Shown: positions 28,535-39,546, counted from the stretch's first letter. The stretch is DNA of 64,000 nucleotides from Mobilitalea sp. (GCA_047606065.1 JASGEU010000133.1:28905-92904); one strand, 5' to 3'. The notes: generated by a model from the sequence alone, not told the origin. Made by a program: numbers and translations.

Positions 28535-28675
28535 GAAGCCACAACCGCAGCAGTGGTGACTGGCTTCTACAAGACAGCAACTAAACTTTACATAGATTTT
28601 TTTTCATAACTCTCCCCTTTTAAAGCCGACGAAGCTCAGTTAAACTGAACCCAGTTGGCTTTCCCTCTGTCTTGT
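28535..28675. ncRNA. Candidate structured RNA overlapping an 8-codon mini-ORF
   Basis: Hairpin at 28535-28567, long-range ACAAGACAG/CTGTCTTGT helix, internal AAAGCC/GGCTTT stem; minus-strand RBS plus MKKIYVKV at 28581-28607. Confidence 0.3.
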
Positions 28676-28679
28676 GGGA

Positions 28680-29429
28680 TTATCCGAAGTGTCCACTAAC
28701 ATAATCCTGTGTTTTCTGATGCTTCGGACTCGTAAAAATATTCCCTGTCAAGTCATATTCAATTAAATCACCCATTAGAAAAAATGCCGTTTTATCCGCT
28801 ATACGAGATGCCTGCTGCATATTATGCGTAACTATAATTACCGTATAGCTTTTTTTCAGCTCGCCTAATAATTCCTCTATTTTGTAGGTAGAAATAGGAT
28901 CAAGTGCACTGGTAGCCTCGTCTAGTAGAATCACCTCTGGTTGAAGTGCCATGGTCCTTGCTATGCAAAGTCTCTGCTGCTGCCCACCTGATAGAGCTGT
29001 TGCACTTTTTTTAAGACAATCTTTAACCTCATCCCAGAGTGCAGCTGCTTTTAAACTACCTTCTACAATTTCATCAAGCTCGCTTTTCTTTTTTCCATGA
29101 TAACTTGGCGCATAAGCAATATTATCGTAAATACTCATAGGAAATGGGTTTGGCTTTTGAAACACCATTCCAATTTTTATACGTATTAACATTGGGTCAA
29201 TATTTTCATTGTATATATTGATCTCATCAAAAATTACTTCGCCTGTGGTTTTACAATTTGAAATTGTATCATTCATTCTGTTAAGTACACGTAAAAAGGT
29301 GGACTTACCACAGCCTGAAGGACCAATGAACGCAGTAATTTCATTCTTCTCTATCTCCATATTCACATTATTTAATGCTTGTTTTTCACCATAATATAAA
29401 TTTAAGTTATTTGTTGTAAATATACTCAT
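28680..29429 (-). CDS. pstB: Phosphate ABC transporter ATPase
   Basis: [45 protein letters not shown]. Confidence 0.95.
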   Translation of the reverse strand: MSIFTTNNLNLYYGEKQALNNVNMEIEKNEITAFIGPSGCGKSTFLRVLNRMNDTISNCKTTGEVIFDEINIYNENIDPMLIRIKIGMVFQKPNPFPMSIYDNIAYAPSYHGKKKSELDEIVEGSLKAAALWDEVKDCLKKSATALSGGQQQRLCIARTMALQPEVILLDEATSALDPISTYKIEELLGELKKSYTVIIVTHNMQQASRIADKTAFFLMGDLIEYDLTGNIFTSPKHQKTQDYVSGHFG

Positions 29430-30310
29430 GCATGAAGACTCACTTTCTTTTTAAATATTCCAGCAATCAGATTGGCAGATAAATTAATTATAAAAACCAG
29501 TATCATCAAAATTGCTGCCATAGCATAAGGTACCCAATCCGGAGAGCCTCCTTCTGTTGCATATAAATAAAGCTGTACCGTGAGACCTGCCCCTGGCTCT
29601 GTAATATGTTTTACATAGTTGGAAGGCATTGTATAATCAACACCAGCTGTATAGAGAAGTGCAGCAGATTCACTCACAATTCTGCCGATGCTTAGAATTA
29701 CTGCAACAACGATTCCAGGCAATGCACAAGGAAGCAATACCGTTCGAATAATATGTAATTTTGATGCTCCTAAGGAAAAGGCTGCTTCCCTGTAGGTGGG
29801 ATTTACTTGCAGTAAAGCTTCCTCCGTGGTTCGTATCATAGTTGGTAACACGATCAAAGTACAAGTGAGTGCGCCAGCTAACATAGATCCACTCCCACTA
29901 CCAATTCTTAGGGTGTTAACAAAGAACGCCAGTCCGAATAAGCCATATACAATAGATGGTATTCCAGCCAGTATTTCTATTGAGAAGCGAAAGGCTGAAA
30001 TCAGTTTGCCTGGCTTTGAATACTCTGCAAGATAAATGGCTGTTCCTATTCCAAGCGGTATGGAGATTAGTAGAGTAATTAATACTACGTATAGGGTATT
30101 AATAATCATCGGTGCAATTCCATAGGTCTCATTTAATCTTGATGGAGCTGTGGTTAAGAAATCTATACTAAGATAAGGCATCCCTTTTATAATTAAGAAA
30201 ACAATAACTGAAAGGACAAGTGCAATAACTGCAGCAGTAACTGTATATATTAAGGTACGCACCGCTATAATTCCCGGGCGTATTCGTTTATCGTACATTG
30301 TTTTATCCAT
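29426..30310 (-). CDS. pstA: Phosphate ABC transporter permease
   Basis: [29 protein letters not shown]. Confidence 0.92.
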   Translation of the reverse strand: MDKTMYDKRIRPGIIAVRTLIYTVTAAVIALVLSVIVFLIIKGMPYLSIDFLTTAPSRLNETYGIAPMIINTLYVVLITLLISIPLGIGTAIYLAEYSKPGKLISAFRFSIEILAGIPSIVYGLFGLAFFVNTLRIGSGSGSMLAGALTCTLIVLPTMIRTTEEALLQVNPTYREAAFSLGASKLHIIRTVLLPCALPGIVVAVILSIGRIVSESAALLYTAGVDYTMPSNYVKHITEPGAGLTVQLYLYATEGGSPDWVPYAMAAILMILVFIINLSANLIAGIFKKKVSLHA

Positions 30311-31181
30311 TCACGTTCCCTGCCTTTTTTATTAAAATATGAAAGATAGAATTGATAATAAATACGAACACAAAAAGTACCAGACCAATTCCAATTAATA
30401 CACCTCTCGTCTGCTCTGTCGCATAGGACATTTCTGTAACGATTGCCGTTGTCAAAAAACGAACTGGTTTAAGCAGAGAAGGCATTTGAGGAATGTTACC
30501 TGCCACCATAATAACCGCCATGGTTTCACCAATTGCTCTACCCACACCAAGCAATACTGCTGCCATAATTCCCGATTTTGCCGCCGGCAAAATTATGGTA
30601 AAAAGTGCATACTCTTTTCGAACACCTAAAGCATATGCTGCATCCAGGTAAGTTCGATCCACCGCATTAATGCTGGTTTCACTAACACTAATAATTGTTG
30701 GCAAAGTCATAATGATTAAGACAATAACCGCTGATAGCATGGTAAGCCCTGAAGAAAGATTAAATATTTTCTGAACAAAAGGAACAATGAAGATTAGTCC
30801 AAGAAAACCATAAATTACAGAGGGAATACCTGCCAGCAAGCTGACAATAGAACGTAAAATAGAACCCAATTTTTTGGGTACCAGCTGCCCAATTGCAAGA
30901 GCTACCAAGATAGAAATTGGAACAGCAAATAATATAGTAAAAAACGTTACTACGAAAGACGAAAGAATAAAGGATAATATTCCATATTGAGGAGGTTCAT
31001 TGGCAGAATTCCATACAGATCCAAATAAAAACTCCTTGATTCCCACCTTTAGAATACTTGGACCTCCATTGGCAATCATAAAAGCTCCAATTAGAACTAC
31101 TGAAATAATTGTAATTAATGCAAAGAAGAATACAATTGCCTTAAATATTTGATTATATAGCTGTGTTTTTTGCTTTTTCAT
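30303..31181 (-). CDS. pstC: Phosphate ABC transporter permease
   Basis: LAGIPSVIYG, GRAIGETMAVIMVAGN. Confidence 0.92.
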   Translation of the reverse strand: MKKQKTQLYNQIFKAIVFFFALITIISVVLIGAFMIANGGPSILKVGIKEFLFGSVWNSANEPPQYGILSFILSSFVVTFFTILFAVPISILVALAIGQLVPKKLGSILRSIVSLLAGIPSVIYGFLGLIFIVPFVQKIFNLSSGLTMLSAVIVLIIMTLPTIISVSETSINAVDRTYLDAAYALGVRKEYALFTIILPAAKSGIMAAVLLGVGRAIGETMAVIMVAGNIPQMPSLLKPVRFLTTAIVTEMSYATEQTRGVLIGIGLVLFVFVFIINSIFHILIKKAGNVNG

Positions 31182-31387
31182 AACTTCTCCTTTGAAACAG
31201 TGTTAGTGGAGGACTTTGCCAGTGCAGAGACAAGTATCTTCCTTTTATTAAGCTTTTTATACGACTAAAGGGAAAAGAATGTATAGCATCTATACGTTCT
31301 TTTCCAGCTTTAGCTAAACTTTATAACAAATTCACTCTATTTATCTGGATCCCAGTAACTTCTAAAACCAAGTCATTTCATCTAATC

Positions 31388-32764
31388 TTACTTAGACACG
31401 GTAATCTTGCTGGTTGCAGTATATTTGCCATCTTTAGTTGTAACGGTGATGGTTACGCTTCCTGCCTTCTTTGCAGTCACAACTCCAGTTGCAGAAACGG
31501 TTGCGATTGATGTATTAGAAGATTTCCAGGTAACTGCAGGATTTGTTGCATAGGAAGGTTCAATCGTAGCTTTCAGTGCAAGAGTCTTACCAACCTGTAA
31601 CTTAGCGCTAGTCTTATTTAGTTTAACGCTGCTAACCGGATAGGAAACTGTTACTTTACATTTCTTACTAATTCCAGATCCATCCTTAGTATATGCTGTG
31701 ATGGTTGCAGTTCCTTCACCGACTGCTGTAACCATACCTGTTGCTGTAACAGTAGCTACACTTGGATTTGAACTAACGAAAGTTAAGGTCTGGTTACTTG
31801 CATCTTCAGGAACAATAACAGGTGTTAAAGAGTATTTGTTACCTGGCATAATTGTAACGGACGTACTTCTTAAAGTAATATCAGTAGCTTTAATTTTTAC
31901 AAGGTTGTTCTTAACAAAGCCCATCTTATCAATAACCTTCTGACCATCTGCACTTGCAATATAATCTAAGAATGCCTGTGCTGCAGGGGTAGTTGCTTTT
32001 TTCTTGTTAGATACAAGTAAGAAAGGTCTTTTAATTGCGTAGGAACCATCTGCTACAGTATATTTGGAAGGCTCAACACCCTCAACTTTTAATGCCTTTA
32101 CCTTAGTCTCATCCATATCACCAAGTGACATGTAACCGATTGCTCCGGAGTTATTCTGTACGGAGGTCTGCATAACACCTGTACTTGCAAGTGATCCATC
32201 AAGATTTGCATCATAACCACTTGGAAGTGCTGTGCCATAATCTACTTTGAAGAAATCTTCAAAGCAACTTCTGGTACCAGAGCCAGCTTCACGTCCGAAA
32301 GGAGCAATTTTAACACTTGTGGTATAGGAACCACTAATTTGATTCCAATTTACTGCTGCAGTATCTCTGGTAAATATTTTAAATAATTGAGCAGGAGTCA
32401 CTTCATTAATTGGGTTACTTTTGTTAACAACAACTGCAAGTCCATCAAGACAAATCTGAACTTTATTTAAAACTTCTTCTTCAGCACTTGTTAACTCTCT
32501 GCTGGACATACCAAAATCAACTTTTGAATCTTTTGCATCTGTAATACCAGCGCCTGAGCCAGTAACATTCTGTTCAACAATTTTGATACCTGGATATTTT
32601 GCCATAAAAGCTTCTGCAAGAGCCTGAATTAGTGGATTAACTGAGGTTGAACCGGATAATACAACTGTTCCTGTTATTTCTGCTGCTTCAGCAGTCTTTG
32701 GTGCATATGTAATGTTTGAAAACATTACAGCTACTAACAAAATTAACGATAATAATTTCTTCAT
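31388..32764 (-). CDS. pstS: Phosphate-binding protein PstS fused to two C-terminal Ig-like (Big_2) domains
   Basis: SGSTSV, GSGAG, DFGMSSR, REAGSGTR, RPFLLV; two repeats of the W/F.SSNP.VATV...G.VTA...G.ATIT pattern. Confidence 0.88.
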   Translation of the reverse strand: MKKLLSLILLVAVMFSNITYAPKTAEAAEITGTVVLSGSTSVNPLIQALAEAFMAKYPGIKIVEQNVTGSGAGITDAKDSKVDFGMSSRELTSAEEEVLNKVQICLDGLAVVVNKSNPINEVTPAQLFKIFTRDTAAVNWNQISGSYTTSVKIAPFGREAGSGTRSCFEDFFKVDYGTALPSGYDANLDGSLASTGVMQTSVQNNSGAIGYMSLGDMDETKVKALKVEGVEPSKYTVADGSYAIKRPFLLVSNKKKATTPAAQAFLDYIASADGQKVIDKMGFVKNNLVKIKATDITLRSTSVTIMPGNKYSLTPVIVPEDASNQTLTFVSSNPSVATVTATGMVTAVGEGTATITAYTKDGSGISKKCKVTVSYPVSSVKLNKTSAKLQVGKTLALKATIEPSYATNPAVTWKSSNTSIATVSATGVVTAKKAGSVTITVTTKDGKYTATSKITVSK

Positions 32765-32886
32765 GAGATCGCTCCTAATCTAATTTTTTATTTACAACAC
32801 AATTTCTTTTATTGCCTGAAATTTGTTGTTCTCTGTTTACTTACTCATTATAGCGATTCCAATGTGAAATCTAATATCACACAAAG

Positions 32887-32944
32887 GTTAAATATTTGCC
32901 TATTTTTGTTAAATCTGGGTTAAGCTTTCTATTAAATATGTAAA
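32887..32944 (-). promoter_or_regulatory. Pho-box-like direct repeats upstream of pstS
   Basis: Minus-strand TTTACA, TTAACC, TTAACA, TTAACC units at 11- or 21-bp spacing. Confidence 0.55.
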
Positions 32945-33245
32945 TTATGTTATTTCTCTTATTTTGTAACTGCTTGAGATTAAGCAACTTAGAACTTATT
33001 CCTTTCTATTCATTTATTGTTTTATTTTTACATTTACTGTATAGTGGAAGAGAGGAGGTATATCCTGATTTTGCGATGGCTTTCTGGGTAAATACGGACT
33101 GATGCTGAATCCGCATTAAAAATATTAGACGAGAATAATGTGAATAAAGATATTTATAAGAAAACTACATTTGAGGATTACAATTATGAATCTGACGAAC
33201 CAAAATAGTTATTTAAATACTTACAAATCTAACAAGGAGTGAAAA

Positions 33246-33533
33246 ATGAAAAAGAAATTGATTGTCTCTGTAATTTTAGCTGCCTTTATCATCTTGTGGT
33301 TTTCTGATTTCTTACCAAAACAAGTTGTTAAAGTGGTAGCAAGTAATTATATCTCTAAACAAGAAGACGGTGATAACTATAAATTTAAACTCGTGGAATA
33401 CTCCCCTGCACATGATAGTTATATGGTATATTTTTATGACACAGAGAATTCAGATGCAGAATTAAGAAATCTCGGAGTATATTATCGGTGGTTTCCCTTT
33501 AAGGTTTACTATGATTCAGTGTTTCCAGGATAA
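33246..33533 (+). CDS. Small membrane-anchored hypothetical protein
   Basis: RBS AAGGAG, N-terminal hydrophobic segment, followed by a repeat copy and a terminator. Confidence 0.7.
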   Translation: MKKKLIVSVILAAFIILWFSDFLPKQVVKVVASNYISKQEDGDNYKFKLVEYSPAHDSYMVYFYDTENSDAELRNLGVYYRWFPFKVYYDSVFPG

Positions 33534-33569
33534 ATGAAATAACAGGTCGTTTCACTTAACATGAAAAAG
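33530..33569 (+). repeat. REP-like repeat, copy 4 (degenerate)
   Basis: 30/40 identity to copy 2; the GTCGTTTCACTT..CATGAA core is retained. Confidence 0.6.
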
Positions 33570-33603
33570 GATTGGCGTATTTTTACACACCAATCCTTTT
33601 TCA
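33562..33603. terminator. Bidirectional terminator
   Basis: TGAAAAAGGATTGG..CCAATCCTTTTTCA stem between convergent genes. Confidence 0.7.
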
Positions 33604-33637
33604 TATTTATAATTTATAACATTAATAATAGACTACA

Positions 33638-35626
33638 TTATCTCGCCTCTTCCAATACATTCTTTCGAAATCCAATCCAAGTCGCCACAAAGTATAGACA
33701 ATAGATAAGTAAGAATATTCCTACCGAAGTTGCTAAGGATGTCAACAAGATTCCCGAAAAGAAGGCTTCAAATAACTGATGAATACACGCAGTAATGAAG
33801 CTACTAAAAACAACTGGCAGCAAAATCGGGAATCCAAAGTAAAAAAGCAACTGCTTCAGGATAAAGGAATCCATGCGTTGTCGTTCCATTCCCAGGTTAT
33901 GCAAAATCTTATATCGGAATTTATACTGTACGGCATCACTCAACTGCTGAACAGAAAGTATCGCTGCTGCTACACATACAAACACCAAACCCAGATAAAA
34001 CAAAGAGAATATAATAATTGTAAAGGTAGTTCGATTTTCAGATAAAAGAGCACCTTTTACAGTAATATCATCTGCAAAAAGGGAGTAATTCCCATCCGAT
34101 TCCTGTTTTCTATGCGTGACGGCATTAAGGGCGTTTAACTCTTCATAATCCTGTGATGTGGTTTCCTCTACTGTATCAATTGCTAGTACCTCTCCTCTTA
34201 CCTCCATGGACTGTACTATTTCATCAGGCAGAATAATGATGTAATAAGCTCCATTAATTCCATATAATGCAAAATCCTCAGTTCTAGTCTCTTGATAAAG
34301 AAAACTTTTATCCATAAAGGTTAAATTAAAATTGCTAACCTTCTTAATTACTTCCTCTACCTTTACACTCCCTTGGACAATAAAGTAACCCTCCTGTAAA
34401 TCCACTTCCTGGTATCCTAACATTTCACGCAGACGCTTATAATCGCTGTAAGCCATTACTGTATCATCCTCGTAGTAAGAACCTCCCATTGGAGTATCTT
34501 CCAACAAATCATAGAGTCCCCTGCTGTCACTACGATAAATGGTATATTTCCATTCATCTTTAATTTCAAAGTTCTCCTTTATATACTCCTGATACTCCTG
34601 AAAATCACGCCCCTCTACCACACTGCCTAATGCGATATCAAAGGGCATCACAGCATCCACCTGCGTATCAAAAAAGCCCTTAAATAAAATACCCACCGAA
34701 AATGCAGTCATAGTTAAAGTTAGTATAATCCCCAGTGTTCCAAGCGTAATTCTCATGGTGTTCATTTTTGAAGACAAGCTTCGAATTAATAGGAATCGTC
34801 CTTTCTGATATTTCTGTTTTTTGTTCTGTATAAATGCTTTGATTAAGATTGAAGATAAGGAGATATAAAACCCATAGTTACTAAAAACACACAATAAAAA
34901 TACTATTCCAAGTCTTGATGGTGAAACATTACTGTCTCCATCTGAAAAAATATACCATAAGAGTCCTCCTCCGATGATTGCTGCCAGAATGGATAGTAAG
35001 AATAGAAGTATACTCCCCTTTGTGGATTTAAACTTCATAGTTTCATTTTTCTTATCCGCATATAAAAGATCATGTATTTTCATTTTCCGTAATCTGCGTT
35101 TTGACCGAAATATAGAAAAGCCATAGATTAACACCAGGTAAAGTATGGTCAATAAAAGTGCTTCAAAAGAAAAAGTTATTTTTACCCTATAATTTGCTTC
35201 AAATATATTCATAATGATTAAGGTTAAAAACTGGTATAGAAAGGTTCCAGCAACCAAACTAAGCAAAAACGAAATGGTACCCATAAGTATATTTTCTCGA
35301 AGAAACAGCTTTGAAATTGCTCGGTTACTAATACCTAAGGTCATATAAATACCGAATTCCCGACTCCTTCTCTGCAGCATGAAATGATTCATATAATGAA
35401 CCATCCAAGCACAGACAAATACAATAAAAACTGAGGCCATTATGATCGTATACTTCATGGATGTCATCAGTTTATTAAGCATCTGAATGTCCTCTGAGTA
35501 CATAATCATATTAAAGGCATAGAGCAGGGAGAAGATCAAGGTAACCGTTAATAAATATATTCCATAATCCTTTGCGGAGCGTTTAGCATTACGAAGTGCC
35601 AGCTTAGAAAGCATGGGAATCCTCAC
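33638..35626 (-). CDS. BceB-type (FtsX-domain) ABC permease
   Basis: LALRNAKRS..Y.IY, RSREFGIYMTLG, large extracellular loop, ILHNLG..QLLFYFGFP. Confidence 0.85.
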   Translation of the reverse strand: MRIPMLSKLALRNAKRSAKDYGIYLLTVTLIFSLLYAFNMIMYSEDIQMLNKLMTSMKYTIIMASVFIVFVCAWMVHYMNHFMLQRRSREFGIYMTLGISNRAISKLFLRENILMGTISFLLSLVAGTFLYQFLTLIIMNIFEANYRVKITFSFEALLLTILYLVLIYGFSIFRSKRRLRKMKIHDLLYADKKNETMKFKSTKGSILLFLLSILAAIIGGGLLWYIFSDGDSNVSPSRLGIVFLLCVFSNYGFYISLSSILIKAFIQNKKQKYQKGRFLLIRSLSSKMNTMRITLGTLGIILTLTMTAFSVGILFKGFFDTQVDAVMPFDIALGSVVEGRDFQEYQEYIKENFEIKDEWKYTIYRSDSRGLYDLLEDTPMGGSYYEDDTVMAYSDYKRLREMLGYQEVDLQEGYFIVQGSVKVEEVIKKVSNFNLTFMDKSFLYQETRTEDFALYGINGAYYIIILPDEIVQSMEVRGEVLAIDTVEETTSQDYEELNALNAVTHRKQESDGNYSLFADDITVKGALLSENRTTFTIIIFSLFYLGLVFVCVAAAILSVQQLSDAVQYKFRYKILHNLGMERQRMDSFILKQLLFYFGFPILLPVVFSSFITACIHQLFEAFFSGILLTSLATSVGIFLLIYCLYFVATWIGFRKNVLEEAR

Positions 35627-36371
35627 CTCCTAATAAGGTCACAGTATCTAAGATTCCTTGAAAGAATTCCTTACGACTTTGTTTTCCTCTTTGGATTTCA
35701 CTAAATAACTTTCCATCCTTTAAAAATATAATTCTCTTGCAGTAACTGGCGGAGAATACGTCATGGGTAACCATTAAAATCGTTGCTCCAAATATGTCAT
35801 TCATACTGGTTAAAGTATTTAATAGAATACCAGCAGATTTCGAATCCAGTGCACCGGTTGGTTCATCGGCCAGAATAATCTTTGGCTGGTTGATGAGAGC
35901 TCTGGCACAGGCACAGCGTTGTCTTTCTCCGCCAGAAACCTCATAGGGGAATTTAGATAAAAGTTCACTTATACCTAGTCTTGAAGCGATTTCATTAATT
36001 CTTTTTTCTAATTCGGTTAAGTTCTCCTTCGCAATGGTAGGTGCCAAGGCAATGTTTTCTTCTAAAGTCAGTGTGTCTAATAAATTGAAATCCTGAAAAA
36101 TAAAGCCTAAATTCTTCTGCCGAAAGAGTGCAAGTTCATGGTCTTTCAGCGTGGTGATATCTGCTCCCTCCAAATAAATATGCCCTGCACTTACTGTATC
36201 AATTGTTGCAATGCAATTTAGCAGAGTAGTCTTACCACTGCCAGAGGCTCCCATGATTCCTACGAATTCTCCTTCCTCCACCTCAAAGGAGATTCGGTTA
36301 ATTGCTTTTGTAATAACTGATTTTGAACCATAATACTTCTCCACATTATCAACTCTTAGTAATGTCTCCAT
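35604..36371 (-). CDS. BceA-type ABC ATPase
   Basis: GIMGASGSGKTT, VSGGERQR, ADEPTGALDSKS. Confidence 0.9.
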   Translation of the reverse strand: METLLRVDNVEKYYGSKSVITKAINRISFEVEEGEFVGIMGASGSGKTTLLNCIATIDTVSAGHIYLEGADITTLKDHELALFRQKNLGFIFQDFNLLDTLTLEENIALAPTIAKENLTELEKRINEIASRLGISELLSKFPYEVSGGERQRCACARALINQPKIILADEPTGALDSKSAGILLNTLTSMNDIFGATILMVTHDVFSASYCKRIIFLKDGKLFSEIQRGKQSRKEFFQGILDTVTLLGGEDSHAF

Positions 36372-36514
36372 ATATTAGCCATACCTTTCTTAGTCCCTGC
36401 AAACTTATTGCAGACAAAGATTATGTCCTTTCTTCTATAAATAGGAGGATCTACGTTAATTCTTCGATTATCTCCTGATGAAACTAATATAGCAGATAGT
36501 TACTCAAAATTTTA

Positions 36515-36530
36515 CTTACACTTTTGTAAG
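36515..36530 (-). promoter_or_regulatory. BceR-type binding site upstream of the ABC genes
   Basis: CTTACA-N4-TGTAAG inverted repeat matching TNACA-N4-TGTAA; candidate -10 TATATT at 36486-36491. Confidence 0.7.
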
Positions 36531-37547
36531 TCCAGCGGATATCTCTGCAGTTAAATTTCCGATGGGAAAAAAGATGATTATTTCGGTAAATACATTTTTA
36601 TCTGATTTTGCCATAATAGATAAACCTAATTTATTACATAGTTTTTTGCACAGATATAACCCGATACCTGTGGCTTGCTTGTTCTTCCGGTCAGAACCTG
36701 TAAAGCCTTTCTCAAAAATTCTTGGCAGATCATACTCTGTAATACCAATTCCATTATCCTTAATGGATAGATAGATACCCTCACTACTCTGACTCGAATA
36801 GATATTTAAACAGGGAGAATCTTCCTTCTGATACTTAATCGCATTTGCTACAATTTGATTTAGAATGTATCCCAGCCACTTTTCATCTATCCAAACCGTA
36901 TCTTCTGTTTCTTCTACCTGTACTGAAAACCTATTCTCAATTAAAGAAGCTTTTTGCTGCAGGATAACCGACTGAACCACATCAAACAGACGAATTTGCT
37001 TGATAAAATAATCCTGCTCCACCGTCTCACTTCTGGCATAATAGAGGGTTTGCTCCACCAAATAATAGATTCTTTGAAGCTCCTTGGAAATCCTTTTCGT
37101 CTCTTCTGTCTCATGGTTGGCGCAAATAAGAGAAATTGCTGTAATTGGGGTTTTGATTTCATGTATCCATTTTTCTATGTATTCCTTATAAGAGCTCTGT
37201 CCATCTCTGGATTTACCGACCTCCTCCAGCATGGATTTTGTTCCCTCCCGAAGCAGGGTATAGTACACCTTCTCCAATTGGGTTACAGGTTTACCCATCA
37301 CTTCACTGATCAGATATTTCTGATCCATTCCATCAAGAAGTCGAAGAATTGCTCTCTGCCTTTTCTTAATACCCAGGAAGTTAACCACCAAGCAGGTACT
37401 TAGGATAACCAACCAGCTTAATAAAACCAGAGCCACTGCACTATTTGATATTCCTAGCATCTTTAAAAAGAGCACCAGTGCAAGAGCCGAAAATATATGT
37501 ACGAAAAGAAGTGATAGCTTCTCGTAGAGATAATCAAAGAAACTCAT
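36516..37547 (-). CDS. BceS-type intramembrane-sensing histidine kinase
   Basis: Two close TMs, WIHEIKTPI, ILNQIVANAIKY, DNGIGI, GFTG..ATGIGLYL; start reassigned to ATG 37547 (RBS AAGGAGG). Confidence 0.88.
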   Translation of the reverse strand: MSFFDYLYEKLSLLFVHIFSALALVLFLKMLGISNSAVALVLLSWLVILSTCLVVNFLGIKKRQRAILRLLDGMDQKYLISEVMGKPVTQLEKVYYTLLREGTKSMLEEVGKSRDGQSSYKEYIEKWIHEIKTPITAISLICANHETEETKRISKELQRIYYLVEQTLYYARSETVEQDYFIKQIRLFDVVQSVILQQKASLIENRFSVQVEETEDTVWIDEKWLGYILNQIVANAIKYQKEDSPCLNIYSSQSSEGIYLSIKDNGIGITEYDLPRIFEKGFTGSDRKNKQATGIGLYLCKKLCNKLGLSIMAKSDKNVFTEIIIFFPIGNLTAEISAGLTKV

Positions 37548-38217
37548 TGGCATCCTCCTTGCGTAATCGATATCCTTCTTTCGGAATAGTCTCAATAAAA
37601 TCAGAGTAGCCATAATCGGATAATCGCTTTCTTAATCTTGATAAGTTAACATGAAATATATTCTCATCTACATAGAACTTATTCTCCCACAAAAACTCTA
37701 TAAATTCTTCCCGGGAAATAATCCGGTCTTGATTAAGGAACAGGCAGGAAAGAAGTTTTATTTCATTCTTTGAAAGTTCAATTAATACTTCTTTAATTCT
37801 TAACTGACCCTTTACAATGTTAAGACAGGCTTCCCCAGAAGTCAGTTCCTCCATATAATTAACATTTCCTCTCTCCAGCATACGTTTTACCTTGGCAAGA
37901 AGAACAGGGAGACTGTAGGGTTTTCTAACATAATCATCTCCTCCAAGCTTCATTGCCCGCAGCTCATCTGCCTCCTGGTCACGTCCTGTAACAAAAAGGA
38001 TTGGAACTTGTGATATTTCTCTAATTCTTTTACAGATCTGAAACCCATCTTCTTCAAATAAATTTATATCTAAAAGCACGACATCTGTCTTGATAATAAG
38101 TTGCTCCAGGTGACTAAATTCCTTCGGGCATATGGTATAAAAGCCATTATTAATAAAATAATTAGCTACCTCAGTACGTATATTATCATTATCTTCAATT
38201 ACCAGTATAGTTGGCAT
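37534..38217 (-). CDS. BceR-type OmpR-family response regulator
   Basis: ILVIEDN, LLDINL, GGDDYVRKPY, wHTH with IETIPKEGY; start reassigned to ATG 38217. Confidence 0.88.
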   Translation of the reverse strand: MPTILVIEDNDNIRTEVANYFINNGFYTICPKEFSHLEQLIIKTDVVLLDINLFEEDGFQICKRIREISQVPILFVTGRDQEADELRAMKLGGDDYVRKPYSLPVLLAKVKRMLERGNVNYMEELTSGEACLNIVKGQLRIKEVLIELSKNEIKLLSCLFLNQDRIISREEFIEFLWENKFYVDENIFHVNLSRLRKRLSDYGYSDFIETIPKEGYRLRKEDANEFL

Positions 38218-38665
38218 AGAATCCCCCCTTAAATAACCCTTTCCGGTTAATATTTTATCACTAGACATCACTATCAAATATACTCTCTGCTTTTCCATTA
38301 CTTGTCAATACGCTTATTCTTAATTTTATTACTTAAGCAGCATTTATCCTTAATTCTTATTATACCATTTTTTAGCAGTCAGATAATAATAGATTAATGC
38401 AGATACCAATGCCTGTATACAGTCATGAGAAACTCACACAGCGTGTTTCTTTCAGTTTCAATCCCATACCTCTCATACTGACACAAAATGAAAGGCTTTT
38501 AGGATTAGAGAAGCAATCTATGTATAATGCGTGTAAAATATTTGAAATTATACCTCCACATATTATATAATAAAATAAATAGCGAATTGAAGATTTTTGT
38601 GGCACAATGGTACGAAATGTGAAGCGAAGAAAGTTTATATAATATACATAATGAGGAGGATTTTT

Positions 38666-39202
38666 ATGAAGAACCCATATGAAATATGCCCCACTTTTGA
38701 AACAGAAAGTTTTATTTTAAGACTCGTTTCAGAAGAAGATTCCGAAGGTCTACTTAAATGTTATTCTGATAGTAAGGCACAAAAAATTTTTAACTCTGAT
38801 CGGTGTACAGGTGATTTTTGTATTTACACAATTGAGGATATGTTACAATGTACTAAAGCTTGGCTTTATGCATATTCTCAACAAGAATTTATACGCTTTG
38901 CAATTATAGATAAATCACTATCTAAAGCTATTGGAACAGTAGAAATGTTTGGTTATGCTGGTAAATATAAAATTAAAACGGGAATACTCCGAGTTGATGT
39001 TTCTTCTGAATACGAAAATGCAGATTACTTAAACGAAATATTTAGTGTTTGTAATGAGAACTTTTTTGATTTGTTTGAGGTTGATATGATTGCAACTAAG
39101 GCAATACCTCAAGCTGTTGAAAGACGGAATACATTATTAAAAATTGACTTCTGTGAAGGCAATGCATATGAAGGAGAGCACTATTTTTTGCGTTCAAAAT
39201 AA
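38666..39202 (+). CDS. GNAT (RimJ/RimL-like) family protein
   Basis: CPTFETESFILRLV..D..L..YSD opening typical of this family; RBS GAGGAGG. Confidence 0.6.
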   Translation: MKNPYEICPTFETESFILRLVSEEDSEGLLKCYSDSKAQKIFNSDRCTGDFCIYTIEDMLQCTKAWLYAYSQQEFIRFAIIDKSLSKAIGTVEMFGYAGKYKIKTGILRVDVSSEYENADYLNEIFSVCNENFFDLFEVDMIATKAIPQAVERRNTLLKIDFCEGNAYEGEHYFLRSK

Positions 39203-39442
39203 ACATAATCTACAGTAAACTTAATACATAATATTCTTAAAATGTGCATTACACCCCCTTTACTATGATGGCTCTATTCTTTTATTAGATACTAAGGACT
39301 ATGTTGATAGGTCTTATATAAATGATGAGGATACCGTTTTCTCCGTTGATCCCAGTCAATTTACCCGAATATATTTGGATTAATACGCCAGCTTCATTTT
39401 CTGTAATCAATCATTTTTTATAAACTATAAGGTATAAAAAGC

Positions 39443-39484
39443 AAGCATGGATAATAACACTTAGAGGGGTTGTTATCCATGCTT
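39443..39484. terminator. Bidirectional terminator
   Basis: AAGCATGGATAATAAC/GTTGTTATCCATGCTT stem. Confidence 0.65.
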
Positions 39485-39546
39485 TTCTCTTTATACTTTT
39501 TTATATTCTCATTTAGCTTATTACAGTATGTTTTACCATTATTTTT

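Noticed and set aside
33065-33208. RBS followed by LILRWLSG*IRTDAESALKILDENN..EPK*
   Set aside because: Interrupted by an in-frame TAA with a non-standard start; at most an unidentifiable gene remnant
39225-39383. Start-less frame ending ..YYDGSILLLDTKDYVDRSYINDEDTVFSVDPSQFTRIYLD*
   Set aside because: No start or RBS and no recognisable family; possible remnant only
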